Positions 25,882 to 62,899 of a stretch of 64,000 nucleotides of DNA are shown here, piece by piece; within the stretch, counting starts at the first letter, position 1, and every line of letters begins with the position of its first letter. The DNA is from the human T2T-CHM13v2.0 reference genome, Homo sapiens, in the NCBI RefSeq assembly GCF_009914755.1, contig NC_060932.1, one strand, 5' to 3'. The notes below the pieces were generated by a model. The model was not told the DNA's origin, ran no database searches, and worked only from the letters and a program-made list of their open reading frames with translations. The translations under genes and the position numbers were made by a program.

Positions 25882-27168
25882 TGATCCACCGGCCTTGGCC
25901 TCCCAAAGTGCTGGGATTACAGGTATGAACCACCGCGCCTGGCCCATCATTCCTTTCTTAAAATAAACATTACTTAATCATGGTGTAATGGTCCTTGACT
26001 ACAGTCTGGGTTTGATTTGTTAGTATTTTATTCAGGATTATTGCTTCTATTTGCCTGTGGATCTCTTTTTTAGAGGGTAGCATTCTCACAGTTTGTTTAT
26101 CAGGATTATGTCAGCTTCATAACATTGACTTGGAAATTTGCCATTTTTTTCTATATGCTAGAACAGTTTAGTGTGGGAATCATGTTACTTAAAGATTAAA
26201 ATACACTCAACCATAAAACAGTCATCTCATGCCTCTTTGGAAGAGATCTCTTAAACTTTTCTCTATTTCTGGGTATATAACCTTTCTCATAGCAACATGT
26301 CTATGCATTTTTGCTTTCTTATTTTTCCCTTGGTATGTCCTACAAGTTCATCTACTGTTTTGAACCAGCTCTCTTATATTCTGCTGATTTACTGAGTCCT
26401 ATTTTCTAATTGTTTCTATTTTTGCTAATTCTTTTATCCTACTTTCCTTAGCATTTTCTTCAGATTTTTTGAATTTAGTCACTTTTCTTTACTAGTTATT
26501 TTGATGTTTAAATGTTCAATGGGGTCTTTTGAGTTTATACCTAGCAGAATTGCTGATCATATGGTAATTCTATTTAACTTTTAAAAGAACTGCCAAACTT
26601 TATCATAGCAGCTGGACCATTTTACATTCCCACCAGCAATGCATACATCCTGGACAATATTTGCTATTGCAGCTATGGTATCTCATTGTGGTTTTGATTA
26701 GAATTTCCCTGATGACTCATGACTTGAGCATCTTTTCATGTATTGTTGAGGTTATTTGTATATCTTCTTTGGCGAAATGACTATTCAGAAGCCACTATCA
26801 TTTTTCATAGAATGCCAAATATCTAGATTAGCCACTAACAATCTAGAACTCAGCTTTCCTGCTTCCAATTCAGTATCCTTTCCTGAAAGTGGGGGACTGG
26901 ATGATGCGTAGACATCCCCAGTTAGGCTACTTAAGACCAAATCTTTTATTTCAGCACTTACACACAGATAGTTAAGATGTAACACCAAAGGACCCAGAGG
27001 AATATAATTGAGACACTACCCTTACACATCAATAAGCTTAATTTAACCCCATAAACGTTTACTGAATGCTCATTATGTGTAAAGCATCTGTGCTCGGCAC
27101 TGGAGGAGATACTGAGATAAATGCTACTTCAAACAAACAAACAAACAAAGTCCAGGTGCGGTGGCTCA

Positions 27169-27471
<303 letters not shown>

Positions 27472-29409
27472 TTAGCTGGGTGTGGTGGCGGGCACCTGTA
27501 ATCCCAGCTACTCAGGAAGCTGAGGCAGAAAGAACTGCCTGCACCCAGGAGGCAGAGGTTGCAGTGAGTGGAGATCGCACCACTGCACTTCAGCCTGGGC
27601 AATGGAGTGAGACTCCATCTTAACAACAAACAAACAAACCCCACTCCTACTCTCATTCCTGCTGTCTTACAATCTAGTCTTTAGAAGATATACATAGGAC
27701 AAAAACTGCCACTAGGAAAATAATGAAAATGTAGTTACATTTGAAAACAAATCATGTAACTTTAAATTGTGGTTTCATAAGCTTTTGGCCTTTTATGACT
27801 CAAAGTACAGCCATTCCACTAGTCCATGTCACTTCATGGACCCAAATCTTTAGGAATAGGTTTTCATCAGACAATACCACCACTGTTGTGGTGGTACTTT
27901 ATCAGGTAGATCCTATGCTTGTCCAGAAGAGGAAAATAATCTTTCAGTGTGATGTTACAAAAATACCAAAACGTTGGAAGCACAATGCTTAAATCCTGTC
28001 CACTTTGAGTGGAGTAACAGAGATAATGTTTTGCATTGTACAACAGCAGTTTTATAAAATCCATTTGAATTACAATTTTGATGCAGCTTCTTTCTTCAAA
28101 AAGCAAATGCTTGGTGACTGCTTTACCAAAGAAAATTGAATAGAGGTTACCTTGTGAAATTAGTGTTTTCACAAATATACTGGAAAGAAATATTTGAAGT
28201 CATGTTAAAGACAATTTGATTCATTACTTTTATTTCCAAAGTTAGGCTTGCAACTTTAAATTTTGTTTTGTGACGTGATGGCTAACTGAGCCAGTTACTG
28301 GCTATGTGAGAAAGCTACTCTAATTCCTTTAGTTGTGCATCTTCTTCCAACCCAGCCTGGCCACTCACCTCTATTCAGAAGGTGTGGACAAAAAATAGTT
28401 TACCGACTATTGCAAAACACTGAAAGAAAAGTATCTCCCACCACTGAGGCTATTCAAAAGAGCATTTATTATAAGCTCTAAAGGCAGTTCCAGAAACATT
28501 TTGAGCAACAATAGCCTTACTAAATGAAGGATGATGTTCATTTATATAGAAATATTATACATATATATTTCTTAAAGTATTTATGTTATAGGCACGTCTC
28601 ATGCATTAATTCCTGACCTCAGTTTGCCATTTTAATATTCTGTATATTGTGTATTTGAATACTTTAACAAAGATGACTTTCACTTCTTGGAGTGGTTCTT
28701 TAAAATCTAAGCACCATGTTTGTTCTAATTAACCTGAACTACAATCTGGATCTAGAATCTCACTGCAAGTTAGCTTGTGACCTTAAACTCTCATGGTTTT
28801 GTCTTGGACCCTTGTTTTTTAAAAGAAACCTCCACACTGAAAATCAAAAGGGAACATAATGGGATACAAATGGTGGCTTTAAGAAACTAAAGAAAGCTGA
28901 ATTTTCACAAATTGTTGAATGAAATTATGGAAAGACAAAAATTGCTCTTGATGGTCTGAAGAAAATGCACTTTCCAATTCAAAATTATACTTTGTGAAGG
29001 CACATTCTTGCCGTTTTCTACAGCAGAAATTACACTACACTGATTTAAAAGACATTTGATAAATCTACATCAAAATGCCTATAGTTAAAATCCTACTGAT
29101 GTATTAAAAAAACAAAAACAAAAACAAAAAACTAACAGTGGATCTGAGCCAGTTAATACGTGTAGGCAGGATTAATCACAAGCTTTACTTCATGTAAAAA
29201 GGAGGCTCTGATGAGATCTTAGATAATTCTGATTAAAAAGTAACCAAATTTGAATTCTTATCCTCATCTGTCATCTTATGCATGCTTTTCTAAATAACGA
29301 AGCAACAAAACATATCTCAAGTCTTAGCATATAAAATATATGTAGGTCAAATGTAACAAAGTATTTTTTATATTAAAATAACTGCAAGCCTCTAATACTA
29401 TAAAGAGGG

Positions 29410-32557
<3,148 letters not shown>

Positions 32558-32694
32558 GAGAGGAAAAAATCAAATTCTGATGTACCTGTGTCTGTCCTAT
32601 ACGAGAGTACCATCACACAAAAATACAAAATTTATAGAATAATTTGATGATTAAGACCATGAGATCTATCTCAAAGCAACTTTAAAATTTCCCC

Positions 32695-36660
<3,966 letters not shown>

Positions 36661-37851
36661 ATATTAAGCCAGTCTCAAATAAGCTGGAGACTTAAGTTTA
36701 TAGACCCTATAATGACAACTTTGTTCCACCTCTGAGATAAAGACAATACTAAACCCATCTCCAGTGCTTCTTTCCCCATGCATAAGGAATGATGCTGTCA
36801 TATTTTTTCAAAAAATTTTTTGGCTGCTTAATAGAAAAGCTGAATGAGCTTGATTTCAGTAGAAGACCCACTGATTATGGGTATATTTATTGGGACATAT
36901 TTTAATAGAAGATAATTCATGTAGGATATCTTCAATGCATTATAATATGATTTTCACTGTATCTCTTCACATGTTATTCCATAACATTCTAATTGGATGG
37001 AGAAAGACTGGAATAGTTCAAAAAGGTGTAGCTTTTAAGATCTGAATAAAGTTAATAGTGAGTCTTTTAAAATACATTTAAACAACTGGAAGTATAATCA
37101 CAACAAGGGACTATGAAGGAAGAATAAATATTGCAAACGACGCTTTATAGTCAATGCAAATACAGTACTTTGAATTACCCAAAATGTATAATGCACAAGA
37201 ACTCTAAGTCATGTAGTTTACTTGCTGACCATCTGGCTACAGTTCAGTTTCTTCTGCAAAAGCTGTACCTAGTAACCTTCCAAAATTGTTTTTAAATAAA
37301 GTTCTTAAATTGTAGCAATAAACAAAAGGACAAAGTACACTTAAAGAATACTGCAGTTTATCAAAAGACATAAGAAATTTCAACTCATACTTGGAGAGTT
37401 ATAAAAATCAATGTTTTGGCTAAGTTATAAACATGTTTATAATGCAATTATTTGCATAACTCTAGTAATGCTAATGGCGGCTATAAGATTAGGTTTCTAA
37501 AAAACCACTAAAAACATAAAAATACTTAGCCTCATTATTTCCCTGTAGAACGTATTGATTTACACCTAAATTTCAGTATTTACTATATCATCATTGCTGA
37601 TTTTAAGTCACATTCAAAGGATAAGGCAAAACCACCTACGAATTGGCATATTTGTTTATTTCTCAGTTTGTGAAAATGTCCTTAATTTGTTGATGTAGCA
37701 AACAAATTTCAACTTTGATTGCTATGCAAAAAAACAAGATAATCTGCTTTGCAATGAACTTTATATAGTTCAACTGCATACAGGCAACATGCTATATATG
37801 AAAAAGTTACTAACTGAACTACAGGTATTAAATACTGAAAAGAGTTAACAG

Positions 37852-37871
37852 TTTATTATAATTTATTTTAT

Positions 37872-37872
<1 letters not shown>
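37852..37872 (-). terminator. ELOC: Proximal poly(A) signal cluster of ELOC (three AATAAA)
   Basis: Minus-strand AATAAA at 37872-37867, 37867-37862 and 37857-37852, followed by U/GU-rich sequence. Further AATAAA at 37660-37655 and 36891-36886. Confidence 0.7.
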
Positions 37873-38078
<206 letters not shown>

Positions 38079-38085
38079 TTATGTA

Positions 38086-38750
<665 letters not shown>

Positions 38751-39172
38751 CATTAAAATAACCTCAATTAGCACCAAATGAATTATGGAATTCTGATTTT
38801 TTTAGTATTAACCTAAGTTTTTTTCTTTTTTTTGACATAGAGTCTTGATCTGTTGCCCAGGCTGGAGTGCAGTGGCATGGTTGTGGCTCACTGTAACCCC
38901 TGCCTCCTGGGCTCAAGTGATCCTCCCACCTCAGCCTCCTCGAGTAGCTGGGACCACAGGTGAGCGCCACCATGTCTGGATAATTCTTGTATTTTTTGTA
39001 GAGACAGAGTTTTGCCATGTTGCCCAGGCTGGTCTTGAACTACTGGACTCAAGTGATCCCCCTGCCTCAGAATCCCAAAGTGCTAAGATTACAGGCTTGG
39101 CCACTTGCACCTGGCCAACATTAAAAAAAACCTTTACTAAAATAGTACTTGAGGGCCGGGCGGGGTGGCTCA

Positions 39173-39463
<291 letters not shown>

Positions 39464-40075
39464 TCATCAAGACTGAATTTTAAAATTCTAATTCTCTCCC
39501 TGTGGGTTGGAAACTTAAGTAGCTTTTCCTAACAATCTTGGTGGTATGATTGGCGAGCAGGATGAAAAAGTAAAATCATTTTTAAAAAAGATCAATCCAG
39601 GCAATCAAGTCTTTATGGATCATTAGGATCCCTGTGTTGTACTGAATTGCCATGTAAAAATAAAGTCAGGGCAAATAACAGGTTTTCTGATTTGGCTTTT
39701 CTGAGAATTAGTGAATATATAAAATCACCTGAATCCAGGAGGTGGAAGTTGCAGTGAGCTGATATCATACCACTGCACTCCAACCTGGGTGACAGAGCAA
39801 GACTCCGTCTTAAAAGATAAAACAAAACAAACAAAAAACCTATTTAAACTATTTAACTGTTTACCTAAAATAATAAGAAAAATACTACTTAAAAGAAATG
39901 GGCTGAGCATGGTGGCTCATGCCTGTAATCACAGCACTTTGGGAGACCTACTTGTAGTCTCAGCTACTGGGGAGGCTCAGGTGGGAGGACTGCTTGAGCC
40001 CGGGAGTTCAAGGCTGCAGTGCGCCATGATGGCGCCACTGTACTCCAGCCTGGGCAAGACAGAGACCCTGTCACT

Positions 40076-40124
<49 letters not shown>

Positions 40125-40639
40125 AAGAAACATTTCAGGAAAGGAATTCCATTGTTTCCTCCTTTAGTTTTTTTAAAAATATGATCATGTTAACGAGATC
40201 TCTTCACAAGACATTTTCCTTTGTTTAACAGCATTTCATAAACAGTTTTTCAGTCATTCTTCAAAATTTCTGTAGCTACACAAAGGTTGTATCATTTAGC
40301 CTTTACACATAGAGATAAAATATTTTCTTAGCAGTCTAGTACTAGCACTGTATGCTGAATATAAAAGGCATTTCACATCTACAAATATACTTTGAGAATA
40401 TAGTATTTTAAAATACTAAAATATATACAAAATGCCTTTTATATATCTGTTGGTTGGGGGTATACTGTAGCAGGGAGAAAGGAGTACTGCGGGACTCAGC
40501 AAATAATTCACAACAATGAGGTAAATTTTGGTTTGCCAATAACTAGAACTCCTTTTCTTAAATACATGCCTGAAAATATTGCCTATAGGCACTTATTAAG
40601 ACTTTGATACTAGACAAACATCAGTGATTTTTCTAAAAG

Positions 40640-40990
40640 GTGAGATTTATATAACATAAAATCAACCATTTTAAAGTGTACAATTCAGTGGCATTTAGTA
40701 TATTTACAATGTTGTGCAACTATCCCTTCTATTTAGTTCCAAAACATTTTCATCATCCCAAATTAAAACCCGATAATCCATTAAGCAGTTACTCCTCATC
40801 TTCCCCATCCCCCCAGCCTCTGGCAAACACCAATCTGCTTTCCGTCTCTATGGATTTACCTACTCTGGATATTTCATAAAAATGGAATCATACAAATGTG
40901 ACATTTTGTGTCTGAGTTCTTTTACTTAGCATGCTGTCGAGGTGCATACGGACTGTAGCATGCTATCAGTACTTCACTCCTTTTCATGCA
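40640..40990 (-). mobile_element. L1M 3' UTR fragment
   Basis: ACCATTTTAAAGTGTACAATTCAGTGGCATTTAGTA...CCCCCAGCCTCTGGCAAACACCAATCTGCTTTC, characteristic of L1MA/MB 3' ends. Confidence 0.8.
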
Positions 40991-42133
40991 AACAGTAGTT
41001 TGAGGCTGAATGTTTTCTGATCTTTCCAAGATAAAAATCTTGTGTTTAAACTAAAGATCAAATTTATAAAAAGCAAAAGCTCTTTGTTTCTAGCCTGCTG
41101 TTATAAAATAAAATTAATTTTAATTAAAATTCTGTTGGCATTTGTGATTTTTTTTCCCCTTAAAGTACTTCCTTGCATTGTCCTGTGGAAAAGCCCAAAA
41201 GCAATTCATCAGATTCATCAGAGCCATGTTGTGTGTGTATATGAGGAGTGGGGGGTACAATTCAACCAAGGAGGAATGAGTATCTTCAGCACCCAGATTG
41301 GGGCCCCTAAATACCATTTTCTACTAAAAACAGGGATTTTTGGAGAAACAGCTGTTTTCGGGATCGGGGAACAATGTTCATGACATGCCTAAGAAATCTT
41401 ATTACAGAAAGTAGTATAACTATTCAAGACTAACGGAGCCATGTCAAAAGGACACAGAAGCTAACACAATGTGGCTCTTTCTGACATAAAAATGAAGCAA
41501 ATGGAACAATCTGAGCACCAGTAAGAATGACTGCAACAGACTGAAAAACATGAAATATAGTCATGAATTCATGATGACATTCACTCAAAAACAAAAACAA
41601 AACACTCTTTACTATTAGATGATGCTGAAGAACCAATTCATTACTCTGAAAAATTATATTTAAAAGGAAAAAAATCAAGTCTTTATCATCTTTCCCATAT
41701 AGACTGTATTTCAATGTAACCAAATAATATCTTATAGGAAAATTTTAGCTAATAAATGCAAAAAATTTTACAGAATTGGAAAGTCACTGTTTTGTAATCT
41801 CAAAGTAAATCTCAACAATAATCACAATGAATGCTAAATCATAGTGGGGAATTTTTAATGGATGAATCAGCCTGACAACCTGGAACCCACTGATCAAGCT
41901 TGACACTGCTAAAAGACATGATAGAACAGGAATACAAGAGTGCTACCTACAAATATCCTTTGCTTAGAAAAATGTATCAGAGTCTAATCAAGTCTCTGGA
42001 ATTTTAACTATGAGTTTACAGAATAAAGCTCAAATGTAATTCAATATGAAATATGGACAGCATACAAATGACCTTGCTTCTCTGTAAAATTAATGGCCTG
42101 CCTGGAAATAAAAGAAAAGGTGCAGGGGAACTA

Positions 42134-42400
<267 letters not shown>

Positions 42401-42403
42401 CTA

Positions 42404-42517
<114 letters not shown>

Positions 42518-42889
42518 TTAATAACTATTGAAGCTGGATGATGGGCACATGGAGGTGTATTACACAGTTCTCTTTACTTCTGAGTAGGTTTTAAAATCTC
42601 CATAGTAAAAACATAGAAGAATTGTGGCCACACACAGTGGCTCACACCTGTAACCCCAGCACTTTGGGAGGCCAAGTTGGGAGGACTGCTTGAGGCCAGG
42701 AGTTCAAGACCAACCTGGGCAACATCGCTACAGAAAATACAATTTAAAAAAAGGTGCATGCCTGTGGTTCCAGCTACTCAGGAGGTTGAGGTGGGAGGAT
42801 TGCTTGAGCCTAGGAAGGCTTGTGCCACTACACTCCAGCCTGGGCAACAAGCAAGACCCTATCTCAAAAACAAACAAACAAAAAACCCC

Positions 42890-42929
<40 letters not shown>

Positions 42930-42939
42930 AACAACAGAC

Positions 42940-45605
<2,666 letters not shown>

Positions 45606-45715
45606 TTTTAAGAATAGAGATTTGCGCTGGGTGTGGTGGCTCACGCCTGTAATCCCAGCACTTTGGGAGGCTGAGGCAGGCGGATCACAAGGTCAGATCG
45701 AGACCATCCTGGCTA

Positions 45716-45949
<234 letters not shown>

Positions 45950-46070
45950 CTAGCTAGGAACACAAATCACCAGTCTGTGGTTAAAAGGCTGACTATGGGC
46001 CGGGCGCAGTGGCTCACACCTATAATCCCTGCACTTTGGGAGGCTGAGGCGGGTGCACTGCCTGAGGTCA

Positions 46071-46355
<285 letters not shown>

Positions 46356-46570
46356 TTATAGGATAAATAACTGAAAACAGAACATGGCAGAAATCAATTT
46401 TTTTTCCCCAATGCAACATAATCATGCAAAAGGCCAGGCATGCAAAAGGCTCATGCCTGTAATCCCCGCACTTTGCGAAGCTGAGGCAGGCGGATCACCT
46501 GAGGTCAGGAGTTCAAGACCAGCCTGGCCAACATGGTGAAACCCCATCTCTACTAAAAATACAAAAGTTA

Positions 46571-47051
<481 letters not shown>

Positions 47052-47099
47052 TTAGAAGACTTATTTTCTCTTTAAATGCTGAATCATTAATTCAACTTA

Positions 47100-47336
<237 letters not shown>

Positions 47337-47385
47337 TCACACAGTGTACTAAAACTAAACAGGTTTGGCTGGGCGCAGTGGCTCA

Positions 47386-47694
<309 letters not shown>

Positions 47695-48990
47695 TCATAC
47701 CAGAAACATTTCTGGAAGGTATTATAATAGTCACCAAGACATTAACAGTTTTTAACTCCTTGTTTTATACTTCTCTATCAACATCTTCCATTATCAGAAT
47801 AAACTGTAGATTTAAGAATGCTACTTCAGTGAAAATTCACTAGTTTTTTCAAGGAGGTGTTAACAGTTGTTTTGTAACCAAAGCAGCCCATTCAAATTTG
47901 AAGACTAAGACAAATATTTAAATAGTATGACTTTAATTCTATCACCTGAAATACTCATTTTTAGAAATAAGATGCATAGCAGATTTATAAATCAGTGTTT
48001 ATATGCCATGAGAGCTCGACTTCCTTTGACAAGTCCTAAGTTCTAAAAGTTAAGACTTCTTTTACTCAGCATTTCACACTTGATGGTTAAAAATAATGAT
48101 CAAGTATGTATTTAGGCTGGGGGCGGTGGCTCACATCCCAGCACTTTGGGAGGCCAAGGCGGGTGGATCACGACGTCAGGAGATCGAGACCATCCTGGCT
48201 AACACAGTGGAGATCGAGACCATCCTGGCTAACACGGTGAAACCCCGTCTCTACTAAAAATACAAAAAAAATTAGCTGGGCGTGGTGGCGGGTGCCTGTA
48301 GTCCCAGCTACTCAGGAGGCTGAGGCAGGAGAATGGCATGAACACAGGAGGCGGAGCTTGCAGTGAGCCGAGACTGCGCCACTGCACTCCAGCCTGGGAA
48401 ACAGAGAAAGACCCTGTCTCAAAAAAAAAAAAAAAGTATGCATTTAAACAATACTCGGTTTAAATGCATGCATTAAAAGTAATTAATATGGACAAAATAT
48501 TGGTCTTTAAAAAAACCCAAAGCTGACATGAGGAGACAGAGTGCACAGATGTTACTCTGCTACTGCCATTGCTGCTGTACTGGCTTCAGTCACAGTAGCC
48601 AGATATATATAGAGTAAAAGTTACATATGCAAGTAAAAATCTCCTTAATTTTTACAATTTTGTACTGTAACAGAATTTTAATTTTTATAATTATTAACAT
48701 GTGAAATAAAATAGCTTAAGGTTTATTCTAAAAACTCAGGAAGCCCTAGAAAGGATGAAGCTGAAGTACTGTTCAGCCACAAATATCCATTTGTTAAACA
48801 ATTAATTCAGAAATCTCTAAAATTAAAATTAGTATCAAAATCACTCATGTGCTCCCACTGCCAAAAATGTTTAATTTGAATCAAATCACAAGAAAACAAC
48901 CAGACAAATTAAAATTGAGGAATAGTCTTTGAAGTAGAAAACTATTTAAAGGAGACTAAAGAGACAAGTTAATGCATTATGATCATTTAA

Positions 48991-49203
<213 letters not shown>

Positions 49204-50050
49204 TAGTAGAGATGGGGTTTCACCATGTTGGTCAGGATGTCTCGAACTCCTGACCTCAAGTGATCCACCTGCCTTGGCCTCCCAAAGTGCTGGGATTACA
49301 GGCATGAGCCGCTGCACCCGGACTACTTATTTATTTATGGTTTTTTTTTTTTTTTTTTTAAGAGACAGGGCCTTGCTCTGTTACCCAGGCTGGAGTGCAG
49401 TGGCGCAATCATGGCTCACAGTAACCTGCAACTCCTGGGTTCGAGATCCTTTGGCCTCAGCCTCCAAAGTAGCTGGGAAATAGGCGTGCACCACCATGCC
49501 TGGCTTTGGTCTTTGTTTTTTAAAAAATGGCTTCTGTTCCATGTAAAACTTGTAATAAATATTCATCTATGTTATGTCATCATCTTATGTTATGTAATAA
49601 ATGTTCATCTATGTTACATTGATTTAATTCTCAGACCCAGCCAGGACCCTAAGAAGACTAGAATGGAGTTTTGCCAACTCTACAATATGAACACACACAC
49701 ATACACACACACGAAAGCAAATTTGGTAAAACATTAACAATCTGGTGAAAGCTATGTTAGTATCTTTTTTTGTCTAATTTTTCATAAAAAGCGGGAGGAG
49801 CCATAAAGATGTAAGTAGCTTCTAAATTACAGACTATTCAAGCATATAGATTTTTAGCAGTTTTTGCCAACCTCAAAAAAGAAAAATAAAAATGGTTATT
49901 ATTTCAATTTATGCTTCTAATATTTTTGGCAACAGAAAACATTGTATGTTTGTCAGGAGAGTTTCAAATTTCTTAAGGTAAAATTACTCACTAAAAATCA
50001 CAAATTGGGGTTAGCACGATATTATTACTGATCTGCCTGTCGGGAATATA

Positions 50051-50871
50051 TAGTCATGCATTGCTTAACGATGGAGATACCTTCCAAGACAAGAAATGCA
50101 TCATTAGGCAATCTTATCATGATGCAAACATCCTAAGAGTGTACTTACTAAATCTAGAGTGTATTTACACCTAGGCTATATGGTGTAACCTACTGCTCCT
50201 AGGCTACAAACCTGTACGGTATGTTACTGTATGAATACTATAAGCAACTGTAACATGAGGGTAAGTATTTGTGTATCTAAACATAGAAAAGGTACAGTAG
50301 AAATATAGCATAAAAGAGTTAAAAAGGTATACCTGTATAGGGCACTCACGATGAATGGAGTCTGCAGGACTGGAAATTGCTCTGTGTGAGTTGGTAAGTG
50401 AGTGGTGAGTGAATGTGAAGGCCTAATGCATTACTATACTACTACAGACTTCATAAGTACTGTACACTTAGGCTACAGTAAATTTACCTGTTGCCCAGGC
50501 TGGAGCGCAGTCGTGCAATCATAGCTTATTTCTGCCTCGAACTCCTGGGCTCATTCAAGCAACTCTCTGGTCTCAGCCTCCCAGGCAGCTGGACTATAAG
50601 CGTGAGCCACTGCACCCAGCACTATTTTTCTTTATATCCTTATTCTATATGCTTTTTTCTATTTTAAAAAATTGTAATTTTTGTTCTTTTTAAATTTTTT
50701 TGTTAAAAACTAAGATACAATCACACATTAGCCTAGGCCTATACAAGGACAAGATCATCAAGATGTCACCGTAGGCCACAGGAATTTTTCAGCTCTATTA
50801 TAATCTTTATGAAACCATGTCACACATGTGGTCCAACACTGACCGAAAAATCATTATGTAGGGCATGACTG
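50051..50871 (+). mobile_element. Tigger3-family (Tc1/mariner) non-autonomous DNA transposon with both TIRs; Alu monomer inside (~50488-50620)
   Basis: Ends TAGTCATGC... and ...GCATGACTG (inverted), preceded by TA. Confidence 0.75.
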
Positions 50872-51012
50872 TGTAGTAAACATAAGCTGTTGATGTGGAC
50901 AACTAATTTCAGTCTACTGAAATTTTACTTGTGTTCACTGAATTTTAAAGATCTTTGAAACAAAGTCCAGTTTCTACTAGTTAAAACACAAAATTAATTA
51001 TCTTTAGCTTAC

Positions 51013-51066
51013 CCATTTTGTTCTTATGAAATTCTACTTTGCTTCCCCAGGAACTTTAGTAGTTTC
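51013..51066 (-). CDS. ELOC: Elongin C exon 2 (50 nt 5' UTR + ATG G; coding 51016-51013)
   Basis: Acceptor TTTTCAG|GAAAC and AAAATGG|GTAAGC donor. ATG G joins exon 3 AT to give Met-Asp; CDS 4+144+191 = 339 nt. Confidence 0.95.
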
Positions 51067-51537
51067 CTGAAAATATAACAATATCATATTAAGATTAATG
51101 TTGCAAGAGACAAGTTTTCATTCACTGTTATTTAATGTCCTTGGTGTTAAAAGTTTAAGAACTCTCCCTCCTGGTTACATTACGAGCTCACCATTCCTAC
51201 AACAAAAACACTGTACTTTTATAAAATCAATTGAAGAATACCAAAATGCTTTGTGAGCTTGATCAGTTGGCACTTCTGAATCAGAGAAAGATTACTTAAA
51301 ATAGAAACATAACATATAATCATTATAAATTGATTGGGGGTGGGGTTGTTGAAGAGGTTGTAAAATGTGACATGTTAAAAGTAACAGACGTGTAAAAATG
51401 TTCATTCCATTAAAATACATACACGGAACATAATTATCGAGAAAAAACTGCCATACTGAGGTGTTTTAAGGCAGAGGTCCTTTATTCTTTTTCTGGATAA
51501 AGGCCTCCGTTGAAAATCCAAACAAAACTATGGGTCC

Positions 51538-51970
51538 TGTTGTATAATAAAGAATTTGGCTGGTTTTTGATCCTCGTTTTGAGAGGTGGCCTCTAAATCC
51601 TTGGAATTTCCCTAGTGATACAAGTCCTTGCTATTCTTCATGGGTCCTGGTAGTTTATGTTAACCAGGTAACTCATAATGGGCCTTTGGATAGTTTAAAC
51701 TAACAAAAGGACTCAGGACAAAAAGCTTTGAGGTGCCTTTTTTGATATCAACATGACCTCCAGTTGGAGGGGTGCTGAAGACTCAGCTCAGCCTTGTTGC
51801 TTATGACTCATCAATCATGTCTACAGAATGAAACCCCAAGAAAATCCCTGGACACCAAAGCTCAAGTGAGCTTTTGAGGTTAGCAATGCTCTGTACACCT
51901 TGCTATGGTACACATGCTGGAAGGATGATGCATACTGACTTAAAACAGTGAGGACACAGCAAGTTCTGGA
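51538..51970 (+). mobile_element. MER21-like LTR fragment
   Basis: TGTTGTATAATAAAGAATTTGGCTGG...CTCTAAATCCTTGGAATTTCC...ATCAATCATG...CTGGACACCAAAGCTC, from recall of consensus. Confidence 0.6.
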
Positions 51971-52077
51971 TCTTGTATTTAGTACACAGTGGTAGACAAT
52001 AAGCAAATATTTGCTTGAATGAATGGCATGATATAACCAAGGACATGAAGTAACTTCCATGAGAATAAAAAAGACAG

Positions 52078-62685
<10,608 letters not shown>

Positions 62686-62899
62686 CTAAAAGCAATGTGG
62701 AGTAGAAATGCTCACGCTAAATGGCACAAACTCCACAGTTATATGTTACTTAACAGATCTCAGTTCCTTAAGAGAAACTCAATGGGCACAGTATTTCACA
62801 CTAGATACCTCCTTTCAGACAAGACTGGACGGCCAGTAGATGCACGATACCCCCAACTCATGAAGTCGAGCATAGAATCACCCAACAAGTTACCCAGAA

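Noticed and set aside
46423-46450. CATGCAAAAGGC duplicated at an Alu 5' junction
   Set aside because: Local 12-bp slippage or conversion at the Alu head with no functional implication.
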